NCBI RefSeq assembly: GCF_006345805.1
Contig: NC_043003.1
Span: forward strand, 85,064,001-85,128,000
Length of the DNA stretch: 64,000 nt
From: Octopus sinensis
Taxonomy: Eukaryota
Direction: 5' to 3'
In this document: positions 10,333 through 25,000 of the stretch, piece by piece
Layout: each line of letters begins with the position of its first letter
Position numbering within the stretch: position 1 is the stretch's first letter
Notes under the pieces: model-generated
Told to the model about the DNA's origin: nothing
Seen by the model: only the letters and a program-made list of their open reading frames with translations
The model's database searches: none
Position numbers and translations under genes: made by a program

Positions 10333-12922
10333 ATTATCGCTTGATTTTTATTGTGAGAAGAGAGCTTGGCTTATTGGATTAAATTTTTGATAAAGCAATT
10401 CAAAATATATGTACTGATTGAATCGTCTCCTATACCTACTCAAAACCTTGTAATATTGTGTTACTGCTCCTTATATCATACTATGTTATTGTTGGAATTT
10501 CTATTGAAAACTAGTTTAGTTTGTTGCAGCAATTTAGATGTTTTTATAAATATATCGAGAAGTTTTTGCATTTTCTATCAACCTATTTGAAACGTTTCGC
10601 AAACTTGGGGGGGTTAATTAACAGAGTCCACCCTGTTGTAATCATTCAGAACTGGTCTCTGGCATAAAGAGCTCTCTTCCTTTCTTTACACCAGTCTCAG
10701 GGGTCTTGAAAACAATCTTGGCAATTGTACTTCTTCAGGAGACTAAACCAAAATAAAAGGAAAACTTCAGAAAAAGTTTGTGATGGAGCGAGGAGAGGAA
10801 GAAGGGGAATTCTGACATTTAGAAACTTTAGAAAATATGAATTGTTAGAAAGGTTAATAAATATTGATGGATGACTATTACTATAGACAATGAAAAGGAA
10901 TAATATTATCAGAAGGAGGTGGGTTGTCGCTAAAAAATAAATCAGTAAGAAAGGCAAAGCAAAAACAGTGGGAGACAATGAAAAAGGTAGATAGTTAAAA
11001 TGATCAAAGTAAATGTTTTCATATATGTTCGACCATATGTACGCATATACACATGCACATAAGTGTGAATTTGAACACAGAACAATCTTGGGCAATTGTA
11101 CTTCTTCAGGAGGGACCTAAACCAAATAAAAGAAAACTTCAGAAAATGTTTGTGATGGAGCGAGGAGAGGGGAATTCTGACATTTAGAAACATTATCGCT
11201 TGATTTTTATTTGTGAGAAGAGAGCTTGGCTTATTGGATTAAATTTTGATTAAAGCAATTCAAAATATATGTACTGATTGAATCGTCTCATATACTACTC
11301 TAAAACCTTGTAATATTGTGTTACTGCTCCTTATATCATACTATGTTATTGTTGGAATTTCTATTGAAACTAGTTTAGTTTGTTGCAGCATTTAGATGGT
11401 TTTTTATAATATATCGAGGAAGTTTTGCATTTTTCTATCACCTATTTGAAACGTTTCGCCAAACTTTGGGGGGTAACTTTAACAGAGTCCACCCTGTTGT
11501 AATCATTCAGAACTGGTCTCTGGCATAAAGAGCTCTCTTCCTTTCTTTACACCAGTCTCAGGGGTCTTGAAAAACAATCTTGGCAATTGTACTTCTTCAG
11601 GAGGACTAAACCAAAATAAAAGAAAACTTCAGAAAATGTTGTGATGGAGCGAGGAAGTGGGGAATTCTGACATTTAGAAACTTTAGAAAATATGAATTTT
11701 AGAAAGGTTAATAAATATTGATGATGACTATTAATAGACAATGAAAAGGAATAATATTATCAGAAGTGAGGTGGGTTGTCGCTAAAATAAATCAGTAAGA
11801 AAGCAAAGCAAAAACAGTGGGAGACAATGAAAAAGGTAGATAGTTAAAATGATAAAGTAAATGTTTCATATATGTTCGACCATAGTACGCATATTCACAT
11901 GCACATAAGTGTGAATTTAAACACAGCAGAGTTCAAAGTTTCTTTGGTAAGTGGAAAAGTGGGGAAAATGCATGAGCAGTAAGGAAACTGATGTTTCTGA
12001 CCCTTGCCCAAACGTTTTAACAAAGGACACATTGAATAATGATGTAGTTCTAGATATAATAATCTTTGAAATGATGGATGGTCATAGCTGGAATGACTTT
12101 TGATCAATCTGGGCTAACTTGGATCTGAACAACAACAGCTGTACGTTATTCTTCAACATCTGCTAAAATAACGAACATATTTTGCCCACATCACACAACC
12201 GTCTTAAATCAATCGAAGAACACTCATTAGATGATTTATTTCAAGATACAGAAACGAAAGATGGAATAGTCATGATTTGAATGCTTTGAACAGAGGGTGT
12301 TTGATTTTGGCTGATCTGGTGTTTTAACAATAACTATATTGCTATGTGCAGTATATAATCAAAACAGCATGACCGAACTGGTAAAACCTCTTTGATGTTG
12401 GAAATAGCACCTGGGGATTCTTCAAATACATGATCCAGCATCTCTATACTTCAAATTTTCCTGTGGACCAATTTTTGGTCAGTTGTATCGACTTACACCC
12501 CAGATCTTATGTGAAAGCTATTAATCTCTAACTTGGTACCACGATTATAAGAATAAGGTGCATTTAGTAGCAATGAAGGATTTTCCTTCTAATTCGAAAT
12601 GATGTATGCCTAGATCTTTCTTAATGTATTTCTAAATTGGTTCCCTAAATTCCTTGCTCTTTTTCTTTAAATCTCTCTTTAATGCACTGCCTTTTCTCTA
12701 CCTTACCTCAAACTATTTCTTGTCCAATCTTCTGTATTGTGCACTTATACATATTTTTTACTTGTTCAGTTTTGGACTGCGATTATGCTGAAACATCGCC
12801 TCTGGCTTTAAGTCGGTTTTCGTTTATCAAATAGCTAGTCGCCTTTAGTTTAAGGGTCGCGACTGGACAAGGTAGATGACTTACTACAATGCGTATTGAG
12901 CACTTGGCATTTTATAAAGAAG

Positions 12923-12963
<41 letters not shown>

Positions 12964-14341
12964 CGATAGTATAGATAGATAGATAGATAGATAGATAGAG
13001 AGATGATGTGTCGGTATGTATGTATGCAGTATAAAGATCCCGGTCATAGATGACCATGGGTGTGCATTAGAAAGTTCCACACCACACCAGGCGGGCACAA
13101 GTCCAAGCAAGATTGTTTATGAAAGACCAAAAAGGAATAATATTATCAGAAGGAGGTGGGTTTGTCGCTAAAATAAATCAGTAAGAAAGGCAAAGCAAAA
13201 CAGTGGGAGACAATGAAAAAGGTAGATAGTTAAAATGATCAAGTAAATGTTTTCATATATGTTCGACCATATGTACGCATATACACATGCACATAAGTGT
13301 GAATTTAAACACAGCAGAGTTCAAAGTGTTCGGTAAGTGAAAAGGGGAAAATTGCAATGAGCAGTAAGGAAACTGATGTTTCTGACCCTTGCCCAAACGT
13401 TTTAACAAAGGACACATTGAATAATGATGTAGTTCTAGATATAATAATCTTTGAAATGATGGATGGTCATAGCTGGAATGACTTTTGATCAATCTGGGCT
13501 AACTTGGATCTGAACAACAACAGCTGTACGTTATTCTTCAACATCTGCTAAAAATAACGAACATATTTTGCCCACATCACACAACCGTCTTAAAAATCGA
13601 AGAACACTCATTAGATGATTTATTTCAAGATACAGAAACGAAAGATGGAATAGTCATGATTTGAATGTCTTTGAACAGAGGGCTGTTTGATTATGGCTGA
13701 TCTGGTGTTAAACAATAACTATATTGCTATGTGCAGTATATAATCAAAACAGCTGACCGAACCTGGTAAAACCTCTTGATGTTTGAAATAGCACCTGGGG
13801 ATTTCTTCAAATACATGATCCCGCATCTCTATACTTCAAATTTTCCTGTGGACCAATTTTGTGGTCAGTTGTATCGACTTACACCCCCAGATCTTATGTG
13901 AAGCTATTAATCTCTATACTTGGTACCACGATTATAAGAATAAGGTGCATTTAGTAGCAATGAAGGATTTTTCCTCTAATTCGAAATGATGTATGCCTAG
14001 ATCTTTCTTTAATGTATTTCTAAATTGTTTCCCTAAAATTCCTGCTCTTTTCTTTAAATCTCTCTTTAATGCACTGCCTTTTCTCTACCTTACCTCAACT
14101 ATTTCCTTGTCCATCTTCTGTATTGTGCACTTATACATATTTTTACTTGTTTCAGTTTTGGACTGTCGATTATGCTAAAACATCCGCCTTTCTGGCTTTA
14201 AGTCGGGGTTTTAGTTTTATCAAATAGCTTATCGCCTTTAGGTTTAAAGAAAGTCGCGACTGGACAAGGTATGATGACTTCTACAATGGCGTATTGAGCA
14301 CTTTGGACATTTTATAAAGAAAGAAAGCTTTGCATTTTATA

Positions 14342-14430
<89 letters not shown>

Positions 14431-14565
14431 GTATGTATGTATGTATGTATGTATGCATGTATAAAGATCCCCTTCGGTCATAGATGACCATGGGTGTGCA
14501 CTTAGAAAGTTCCCACCACCACCATCCGAGGCACAAGTCCAAGCAAGATTGTTTATGAAAGACCA
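10333..14565. repeat. Nested tandem duplications: 10333-11080 with 11192-11925; 10711-10830 with 11081-11191; 11747-13130 with 13133-14565
   Basis: Near-identical copies read by eye; junction at about 13130 cuts a SINE mid-body. Confidence 0.88.
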
Positions 14566-14720
14566 ACAGTCGCCCATGCATACCTGCCCACCCTCTCCAC
14601 GCCACTGATGTTATCCAAGGGAAAGGCAAAGGCCGATACAGCTTGACACCTGTGACGTCGCAACTCATTTCGCTACAGCTCAGTGAACTGGTGCAATGTG
14701 AAAAAAAGTGTCAAGAACAC
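14480..14720 (-). mobile_element. SINE family S4 (partial duplicate at 13040-13130)
   Basis: ggcacaagtccaagcaagattgtttatgaaagacc..ccaagggaaaggcaaaggccgatacagc..gtcgcaactcatt. Confidence 0.85.
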
Positions 14721-15658
14721 ACTCACACCATTAGACATGGCCTGGACCAATCTTTAGTCGAAACATATCTAAGTTTTATCTAAGTTTTATATATATATAT
14801 ATATATATATACGTGTTTGTGTGTGAGAGAGAGTGTGTGTCTGTACATACATGCATATATACACATATTATTTATGCATGTATATATGTATATATGTGTG
14901 TATTTGTGTATGTATTTTTGACGGTCTGAGTGCACACGCGCGCGCGAACACACACACGTGCGAGGATGTAGGTGCAAAACAAGTTGGAGAAAATTGTACT
15001 CGAATTACAAAAGCTGAGTGAAATGGTATTTTATTGAACGTAGAAAGACTTTGCAAACTGTTACTCAGGGTTACACTTAACAGATTCTGCCCGAAAATTA
15101 TTACGCTAAACATGCACTTGTCGGTGGAATACTCATCCACTTCATACGCTACTTCATGAAGTAGGTGGGAGTAATAGATCAAATAGCTGGACAGTCAAAT
15201 ATCGAATTTAACATTGTATACGTGTGTGTGGATAGATAGATAGATAGATAGATATGTTTCTTTATTAGCCACACAGGGCTGCACACAGATAGAACAAATT
15301 ACAAGGTAGAGCTTTTCTTTTGAAGGTTTAAAAAAAAAAAAAAGGAAAGGGGAGTTTCGATCAAAGGGATCGTAAAAGGAGAGAAAGAGAGCAAAAAAAG
15401 GGGGGGTTAAAAAAAAAAAATAAATAAATAAATAAAAGGGGGAGAGGAGAAAAAAAAAAAAAAAAATGATCAATAGGGATCGTTATCACAGAAATGTCAA
15501 TATGAAGTGTAAAGGGGAGGACAGGTGAGGTTTACCCGTGGAAAGAAAAGCCTACGGAAAAGACCACGGTAACCTCGGTCAATGAAGTCACTTTTATATT
15601 TCTTTTTTTTTTTTTTTTTTTTTGCAAATAAGCAACTCTCTGTTTTCGATTTCTGGGT

Positions 15659-18600
15659 TCATAGGACTATGCTCAAGGTGGCTTCGTCATTCATACGTGC
15701 CATTCTTGCTGACTACATTCACCCATCTTTTTTAAAACATTCGCTAGACAAAACTTGCCTCTCTACTCTCACTTTCCTTTTCAAGTGGTACTTGAAGAAG
15801 TTGATGAGAAATTGACCAGAGAGGAAAGTGTTTGTCTCCAATCCTTTCAGACGCGTTCACCAGATACATTCTTTCGCCATAGCACAAGGATGATGAAAAT
15901 AGCTCTTCCTTCCCGTTTGAATGACGATAGACTCAGCTGATAAACCGACTCGTCCCACACGTGACAGCAGTTGTTCGACATAAGCCCACAGGTCGGAAAT
16001 TGTTGGACACTGAAGTGCGTGCAGAACGGTTTCGTCGCTCTGACCGCATCTCGGCAGGTCGGCCCCGTGTTTCTCGAGCCGTGTCTGTAGAGCTTATCCC
16101 GAACGGGTAGCGCTTCTCGGTAGCACTGCCAGGCCAGGGATCTCTGGAAGTTGTCCATGGGCCCTGGCCCGAAAGTCATCCCGAACAGGCGGGTCAGGTA
16201 CTCCTCGTCGACGTCCAGGTTCGCCCCGAGCTCGTCGTCGTACCTCCCCTCCACTAAACCCCTATAGAATGCTTGGTTGTGTTGAAGTCACTTAAGGTCG
16301 ACCCAGGACGGCAGAGTTGCTTGAGAGCAACGCGACACTCGCGGTGCCATTCGCCCTTCCTCGGCCTCTTTTTGATCCACGACTGCAGTTCGGTCATGGA
16401 GACGAGCTGCGGGAAAGCGTGCCTCACAAACGGCGACCACACCTGTTCACCGTCGTCTACATAGAGCCAGAGATGTCGCAGTCTCAGCGCGTGTCTGCGC
16501 ATCATCAACCACGGCATGCCAGCCCTCCTTTTAACGGGTGTTGACAGCAAATGGATCGCCTGACCATCGGGACGCATCCTTTCCACAAGAAGCGAAAGAG
16601 CATGCGTTGTAGTTTGGTGATGGTAGGGTCGGGACAAGGTACGACGGTCAGGCGGTAGTAGATGACGGACGCGATGTACGTGTTCGCCACCTCCGCTCGA
16701 CCTTTTAGGGACAGTTTCCTCTCGGCCCATTGCCGGGCGAGAGTGACCACCCTACTCGTTATCTCGTTCCAGTTCTTCTCCACTTGGAGGTCCGGACCAA
16801 ACCAGACCCCGAGCAACTCAACCGGGCCGTCGGTCCAGCGTCCCACGACGGAGGCGCTGGTGGACGGCATGGGCTTGCTTCTCCAGGTGCCTAGTCGCAA
16901 GCCCACTGACTTTTCCCGGTTGATTTTCGCTCCTGTCACCGCTTCGTAGTTTTTCAGTGTCTCACCGACCAGCTCGATGTGCTCGTGGCTTGACACTATG
17001 ACGGTGACGTCGTCCGCGTATGCAGACACGCTCGTCCGCATCCCAATTCTCGCGGGATGCCCCTTAGAGTCGCCAGCTTCCGCAGTAGTGGCTCAAGAGT
17101 CAATACGTATAGAAGCGCCGAGAGGTGGCATCCCTGACGGACCGACGTGCAATGTCGAAAGGTCTCGATAGATGTCCATTTACGCGAATTACCGAACGGA
17201 TGCCTCTGTACAAGGCAGCTATCCAGCCGCGGAAGACGGGACCGAAACCAGCCGCTCTCAGGACTGCCTCCAAGTATCGATGGTCTACCCTATCAAAGGC
17301 TTTCGATTGATCCAAGTTGATCAGGGCCCACCCATGCCAGGTTCGTTAACTACCCTGTCTATGATGTAGCGCATCAGATGGAGGTTGTCATGGATGGTCC
17401 GGCCTGGCACGGCGCATGTTTGCGCCTTGTCGACCAGTTTCTCGATGACAAGCGCCAACCTCTTGGCTAACACCTTGCCAAAATTTTCAAGTCTGCATTA
17501 AGCAGAGTGATGGGCCTAAAGTTATCTATTACATTTCCCTGTTTTTAGATCTTTCTTCAGCAGTGTTACGGCTCCTCGGCTCACAAAACCAGGAATGCTC
17601 CCGTTTTGCTGCCAGTTGCAGTACACCGCCGCCAGAGATCTCCAAACAAGTCTGGCATACAATTGTAAAGCTCGTAGGGTAGACCATCCAACCCCGGTGA
17701 TTTGTCCCTCGAGCATTCTGCCATCGCTTCCCGCACTTCCGCCGCCGTGATGGCACTTTCGCAGCACCCTGCCTTCTTGTCGAGAGTCGTGGTAGGCTAT
17801 GTAGGTAGGCACTGAAGTCCACCCTACGTTCTTGCCCTCCACTCGTTCCGAACAGTCGGGCAAAATGTTGCTGAAAGGCCTCACACATTTTATTTGGCTC
17901 GAGCAATTCGCGCCCCTGTTCATCTACCAGTGACCGAATGGTGGCTTTGTTGCCCTGTTGCGCCTCTGCCACCCGGGCCTCTCTCGCGGCTCCAACACCT
18001 TCGTTCCTTAGAGCACGTATCCTAGCTCTGACAGCACATCCTTCGTGTTTGGCGTTGAAGTGTTGGTCGAGGGCCAACCTCGCCGCCAAAACGTCGGATG
18101 CGATGCCGCTTCTAATTGCCTCTTCTAGCTTCTTAACTAGCTCACCCTCTACTCTATTTCTATCTATGGCTAGTGCTTTGCTGTACCTAATCGCTTCTGC
18201 TTTTACTGCTCTCTTGAGGGCAAACCACCATTTGTTGTTGATGATGGCTCCCGTCAAAGCCCTCTTTACTAGTGTGCTAATCCGGTCTCTGAAAACCTGT
18301 CTCGATGGGAAAGACGCGTTTAGTTTCCAGTATCCGGGACCCTGCCTAAGTGTCTACCTAAGTCTAGCGTACATGTCACATTTGTGATCCGTGTAGCTGA
18401 CTATGTGGAAATGTGGACATCCTATGCTATCTCTATCTACTGTCCTACACAGTATCCTATCTAGATACGATCTCGACGACCCGATGCGGTTGCTCCATGT
18501 CCACGTTGGCGCATTCGGGTGGTCTAGTCGAACCTGTCAGACAGTTGAAAGCGTCTGAGCAGGTCTCTGAGGCATTTGCATCCCGTCTATTCCTATCTCT

Positions 18601-19062
18601 ACCCACGTATCTACATGCGTGTCCAAGGTAGCATTCCAATCCCCCACTAAGAGTAAGGGACGAGACGTTCCCAAGAAAACTTCTAGACGTTGAAAGAAAT
18701 CCGCCCCGACCTGTTAAGGGCGGTGCGTAAACTGATACGAGTCGAAAAGCGCCACCCATTGCTGCCGTCGACATCCAGGACGACCAGTCTACCCTCCGGG
18801 TCTACGAATATTGTCCTTACTTTGAGATCCAGACTCTTGTGAAAAAGTACCGCGGTCCCACTACCGCCCATTCTCGGCAGACAGGGGGAAAAATAAATGT
18901 TGAACTGTCCGCCAAACATGGTCTTAGGGCCCGCGGATTGTGGAGTCTGGTCTCGCTTATGGCTATGATTTCTAACTTATGTGACTTTATGTCATTTAAG
19001 AGGTACCCTTGTTTCCAAGGGGACCCCAAGCCACGCGCATTTACACAACCAATCTTGATCAT
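15659..19062 (-). pseudogene. Tx1 ORF2 (APE endonuclease, reverse transcriptase, C-terminal Cys/His motif), frameshifted
   Basis: MIKIGCVNARGLGS..IIAISETRLH; DQSKAFDRVDHRYL; SAYADDVTV; LLGVWFG; FQRSLAWQCYREALPV; stop at 15659-15661. Confidence 0.92.
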
Positions 19063-19089
19063 AGTTCTAATGAATTAGAATACAGAGGG

Positions 19090-21388
19090 TTACTTACTGC
19101 TCGAAAGTTTTTTGCTTTCTCCTCCGTTGGTTTGTCCTCGAGAAGATCCAGTACAGTTTCTTTGTGAGATTTTTTGGCATTTACCACCGCACTGGGGAAA
19201 ATGCCTTTGAGTGTGTGGTGCAGACTTTGGGAGATGTGTAATATTTTGATGTGGTCTGGTGGTGTTGTGTATGGGTGATTGTTTGTTTTTTATGTCCTCT
19301 TCTGTTATTTTTGTTTTTGATTGGATGTATTCCATCAAATTTGTGTTTTTGGTGTCTATGGCTGTGAGCATGTTTGCGTATATGTTTTTTGTGGTTTTGG
19401 GTGTGGCTGTTGTTTGCGTTGGGTTTTGAAATGTCTTCGGGAGATGTATTTCCCCCTGCTTTGTTCGTGTTTGCATTTGGTTTGGTTGTGTTTCTGCTCT
19501 TTTTTTCCTTCTTTTGTAGCTATTTGCCATTCCTCACTGGTTTCGTCTTCCGACGAAATTTCTGAGAATCAGAAGGGGGTAGGGGTAATGTTGTGGGCTT
19601 CTATGTATGTCTGTGTAGTGGTTGTGTTGTTGTTTTCGTTGTTGTTGGTTGTTGAGTGTTTGTGTGTGTTGAGTGCGGTATAAGGGATGGGGGATCAGTT
19701 TGTGTGTGTTTTCTTCTTTGTTTTTCTGTTCCTTTGGGTTTTGCTGTCGTTCTTGGTGTGGAATTGGTTTATTTGTTGTTTGGTGGTGATGATTCTGTTC
19801 TTGGCGCTGGTGTTGGTGTTGTTTGGTTGGGTTGGCTTGTTCTTTGTTGTTTTTCCTGCATTTCCGCATACAGCTTCTTGACTAGCTGTCCATATTGTGG
19901 TGTGGGCAATAATCCTGGCTTTTGTGATTTTCCTGTGGCTGTTGTTTGTTGTTGTAATTTTGCGGCAGATTTGCACTCCTTTTTGAGGTGTTCCTCACTG
20001 CCACATGTATAGCATCGTGGCCTTCTGCCCTCGACTACTACGTATAACTTGCGGCCATCCTCAAGATGTACGTGGGTGGGGATTTTATTTATGTCCTCTT
20101 GACTTATGTGGAAGAGGAACTCTATTCTCTTTCCCAGCCAGTCCTTGTTTCCGAAACACCGATATCTAGGATGTTTAAGTCCTCCATTTCGGATGTTAAT
20201 GCGGATGTAATCCACAGTGTTGTAGTCACTGGGGGGACACCACTGATAATGACTTTCGTCACCTTCTGGCCGAGTAACTCGGTGTCAACGTTAGTTCATC
20301 AGAATGAAGGGTTATCGTTGAGAATTTCTTCGCCAACTCTTCATTCTGAAAAACACCTGTACGTGTGCGAACTTGTTCGCCCAAGTCACACAATCCTTGT
20401 ATCCCCAGATGGGGCGTAAGCACTTTTCGACTTTGTCTGTGCTTGCTTTTCTGGACTTTTTGTTTTTTTATTGTGTGATTTTATATACAATTGTCTTTTT
20501 TTTCTCCTCATTCAGTATGTGCTGAGGTATGTGTAAGAGTATTTTTCCGTTTTGATTTGTAATAAGGTTTCTGCAATCTTTAATCTGTTGTGTAGTAAAC
20601 GAAACTTTTGTTACCTTTCTTTTATCGCCTCGGCGAAGTTTGTTGTTGTTTTGTTTATTGTTGTTACTGCCGGTGGTGTTGGTGTTGATGGCAGGGGTGT
20701 GGGTTGTAGGTTTGTGGTTGCTGATTATGCAACTAGCAAGGGGTGGAAAATTGCCTGCGTAATTTAGTCCTGCATTAGCGCAAATTTCGGCATTTCGTTT
20801 GCTTGTCGTCGTTATTTTTTCACTTGTTGGTGATGGAGTGAGCAGTGGTTGAAGGGAATTGTTGTTGTCGTCGTTGTTGTTGTTGTTGTTGTTGTTATTG
20901 TCTTTCTGGTGACGGCGGTGGTGTTGGTAGTATTAGTAGCATTGACGGCACGGTCTTTGGTGGCGGTGATGGTGATGCTGGTGTTGTTATTGGTGGCGAT
21001 ATCTTTAGTAGGGATAGCAGTTTTAGTAGCAGATTCTGCCATGGTGTTGGTGGTGGTGGTTGACTCACTGATGGTGTTGACGGTGCTTGGCCTTGCGACC
21101 TTTGTTTTGTATTTGTTGCTGTTGATGGTGGTGGAGTTGTCAGGTTCGGCGTATGCTAACAGAGCATCCTGTTTCTGTTTCTTCTGCGTCACGCTTCACT
21201 TGCAACTCAGCCTCGTGGTGGCCAGTGGCGATGGTGAGTGCGGCGTTAGATTTGTTGTTGTTGTTGGTGGTGGTGTGATGTGGTGACAGCGGTGTTCACG
21301 CTGCGATTTTTGTAGCCAGTGGTAGCAATAGTGTTTTTCTACCGTTCTGCATGACTGGCGGGCTAGCCACGTGGTTTCTAGTTGCCAT
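19090..21388 (-). pseudogene. Tx1 ORF1 (gag-like nucleic-acid-binding protein), frameshifted
   Basis: Thr/Gln/Asn-rich low complexity; [28 protein letters not shown] (CX2CX4HX4C). Confidence 0.8.
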
Positions 21389-21604
21389 TTTCAAAATGAA
21401 AAATGGCTAAAAAACCACGAAAGTTTTGAAAGTTTTTTTGTAATTCGCCCATACAGGGGCGGAATTCTACGTGAATAATTCTCAGGTTTTTTAGTGAATG
21501 AACTTGCACAACGATTAAAACAAAATATTTGACAAAAAAGAGTTTTAAACATGTAAAAGTGGCCAACTACGTGGAGCCGATATGACTATCGTCCGTCCAT
21601 TGTA

Positions 21605-21605
21605 G

Positions 21606-21684
<79 letters not shown>

Positions 21685-21768
21685 AGACAGATAGATAGAT
21701 AGATAGATAGATGGATGGATGGATGGATGGATGATGGATGGATGGTAGATAGATAGATAGATAGATAG

Positions 21769-21801
<33 letters not shown>

Positions 21802-21842
21802 GGATGGATGGATGGATGGATGAAGGGATGGATGGATGGATG

Positions 21843-21881
<39 letters not shown>

Positions 21882-22025
21882 TATAGATATAGATGCATGG
21901 ATGCATGGATGGATGCATGGATGGATGGATGGATGGATGATGGATCGATAGATAGATAGATAGATAGATAGAATTAGATAGATAGATGGATGGATGGATG
22001 GATGGATAGAAGATCATAGATAGTA

Positions 22026-22072
<47 letters not shown>

Positions 22073-22083
22073 TAGATAGATAT
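21605..22083. repeat. (GATA)n/(GGAT)n compound array between Tx1 copies 1 and 2
   Basis: Direct sequence. Confidence 0.97.
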
Positions 22084-25000
22084 GTTTCTTTATTAGCCAC
22101 ACAGGGCTGCACCAGACAGGACAAATTACAAGGTAGAGCTTTTCTTTTGGGGGTAAAAGAAATGGGGTTGGTTTTCGATCAAAAGGGATCGTAAATGGAA
22201 AGAAAGAGGACAAAAAAAGGGGGAGATAAAATAAATTTTAAAAAAAAGGGGGGAAATTGGATCAATAGGGATCGTTATCACGGAAATGTCAATATGAAGT
22301 GTAAAGGGGAGGACAGGTGAGGTTTACCCGTGGAAAGAAAAGCCTACGGAAAAGACCACGGTAACCTCAGTCAATGAAGTCACATGTTATATTTCTTTTT
22401 TTTTTTTGCAAATAAGCAACTCTCGTATTAAGTTTTTACGGTTCATAGAATCATAGTCAAGGTAGCTTCGTCATTCATACGTGCCATCCCTGCTACATTC
22501 ACCCATCTTTTTTTTAAACATTCACTAGATCACTAACAAACTTGCCTCTCTACTCTCACTTTCCTCTTCAGATACTTGAAGAAGTTGTGAGAGATTGACC
22601 AGAGAGGAAAGTGTTTGTCTCCAATCCTTTCAGACGCGTCCACCAGAATACATTCTTTCGCCATAGCCACAAGTATGATAAACAATAGCTCTTCCTTCCC
22701 GTTGAAGGGAAGGAGAGGACGATGTTTCGATAGATCAGCTGATACTCGGCTGAATACGACAAAACTCCCACGCGTGACAGCAGTCGTTCGACATAAGCCC
22801 ACAGGTCGGAGATTGTTGGACACAGCACGATTGCGTGCAGGGCGGTTTCGTCGCTCTGCCGCGCTCTCGGGCAGTCGGCCCCGGGTGTTTCTCGAGCCAT
22901 GCCTATAGAGCTTATCCCGAACGGGTAGCGCTTCTCGGTAGCACCGCCAGGCCAGGGATCTCTGGAAGTTATCCATAGGTCCCGGCCCGAAAGTCGTTTC
23001 AAACGCGGGTCAGGTATTCCTCGTCGACGCCCAGGTTTGCCCCAAATCGTCGTCGTACCTCCCCTCCACTAATCCCCTATAGAATGCTTTGGTTGTGTTG
23101 AAGTCACTCAAGGTCGACCCGGGACGACCGAGTTGCTTGAGAGCAACGCGACACTCGCGGTGCCATTCATTCGCCCTTCCTCGGCCTCTTTTTTGATCCA
23201 CGACTGCAGTTCGGTCATGGAGACGAGCTGCGGGAACGCATGCCTCACAAACGGCGACCAACCCTGTTCACCCGTCGTCTACTAAAGCCGGAGATGTCGC
23301 AGTCTCAGCGCGTCTGCGCATCATCAACCCATGATAAACCCAGCCCTCCTTTTCACGAGTGTTGACAGCAAATGGATCGCCTGACCATCGGGACGCATCC
23401 TTTCCACAAGAAGCAAGGAAGAGAATGCGTTGTAGTTTGGTGATGGTAGGGTCGGGACAAGGTACGACGGTCAGGCGGTAGTAGATGATGATGACGCGAT
23501 GTACGTGTTCGCCACCTCCGCCCGACCTTTTAGGGACAGTTTCCTCTCGGCCCATGCTGGGCGAGAGTGACCACCCTACTCGTTATCTTCGTTCCAGATC
23601 TTCTCCATTGGAGGTCCGGACCGAACCAGACTCCGAGCAACGCAACCGGGCCGTCTGTCCAGCGTCCCACGACGGAGGTACTGGTGGACGGCATGGCTTG
23701 CTTCTCCAGGTGCCGAGCCGCAAGCCACTGACTTTTCCCGGTTGAAGTTTTGCTCCTGTCACCGCTCGCTAGTCTTTCAGTGTCTCGGCCGACCAGCTCG
23801 ATGTGCTCGTGGCTTGACACTATAACGGTGACGTCGTCCGCGTATGCAAACACGCCTCGTCCCGCATCCCAATTCTCTCGCGGATGCCCCTCGAGTCGCC
23901 AGCTTCCGCAGTAGTGGCTCAAGAGTCAATACGTATAGAAGCGCCGAGAGGGGGCATCCCTGACGGACCGAACGTGCAATGTCGAAAGGTCTTCGATAAT
24001 ATGTCCATTTACGCGCGAATTACCGAACGGATGCCTCTGTACAAGGCAGCTATCCAGCCGCGGAAGACGGGACCGAAACCAGCCGCTCTCAGGACTGCCT
24101 CCAAGTATCGATGGTCTACCCTATCGAAGGCTTTCGATTGATCCAAGTTGATCAGGGCCCCACCCATTCCAGGTTCCTTACTACTACTCTACTCTGTCTA
24201 TGATGTAGCGCATCAGATGGAGGTTGTCATGGATTGCTCCGGCCCGTCCGGCCCGGCACGGCGCACGTTTGGCGTTGTCGACCAGTTTCTCGGATGGACA
24301 AGCGCCAACCTCTTGCTAACACCTTTGTCAAAATTTTCAGGTCTGCATTGAGCAGAGTGATTGGTCTAAAGTTATCTATAATGTTCCCCTTGTTTGGATC
24401 TTTCTTCAGCAGAGTTACGGCTCCCCAGACTCACAAAACCGAGTATGCTCCCGTTTTGCTGCCAGTTGCAGTATATACCGCTGCCAAGACCGTCTCTAAA
24501 CAAGTCTGGCATACAATTGCAAAACTCGTAGGGCAGACCATCCAAAACCCGGCGATTTGTCTCTCGAGCATTCTGCCATCGCGTTCCCGCACATCCGCCG
24601 CCGCCGTGTGGCACCTGGCATTCGCAGCACTCTGCCTCTCTTGCGCCGAGAGTCGTGGTAGGCTGTGCAGGTAGCTGTGCAGGTAGGGCGCTGTGCAGGT
24701 AGGCACTGAAGTCCACGCTGCCTTCACGCTCACAGCTGGTCCTCACGCTCGCCACTCGTCCCGCTAAATCGGGCAAGTACCGCTGAAATGTCTCGCACAT
24801 CTTGCTGGGCTCGAGCAATTCGTGCCCTTGTTCATCTACCAGAGAACCGAATGGTGGCTTTGTTGCCCTTTTGTTGCGCCTCCGCCACCCCGGGCCTCCC
24901 TCGCGGCTCCAACACCTTCCATCCTTAGAGCACGCATCCTAGCCCTGACAGCAGACCCTTTCGTGTTTGGCGTTGAAGTGTTGGTCAAGGGCCAACCTCG

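Larger units (their letters stand above)
15256..21603 (-). mobile_element. Apparently full-length L1/Tx1-like LINE (about 6.35 kb), copy 1, flanked by (GATA)n on both sides
   Basis: 5' UTR, ORF1 with CCHC knuckle, ORF2 with APE endonuclease and RT, 3' UTR ending AATAAAGAAAC; (GATA)6 at 15231-15254 and (GATA)n from 21605. Confidence 0.92.

Noticed and set aside
11960-12300. Protein-like degenerate frame in the duplicated block, possible transposase relic
   Set aside because: No diagnostic motif recognised; needs an HMM search.
20845-21286. Hydrophobic Val-rich membrane-protein-like ORF on plus strand (also 19321-20012 and 26261-26947)
   Set aside because: Antisense shadow of the Thr/Asn/Gln-rich Tx1 ORF1.
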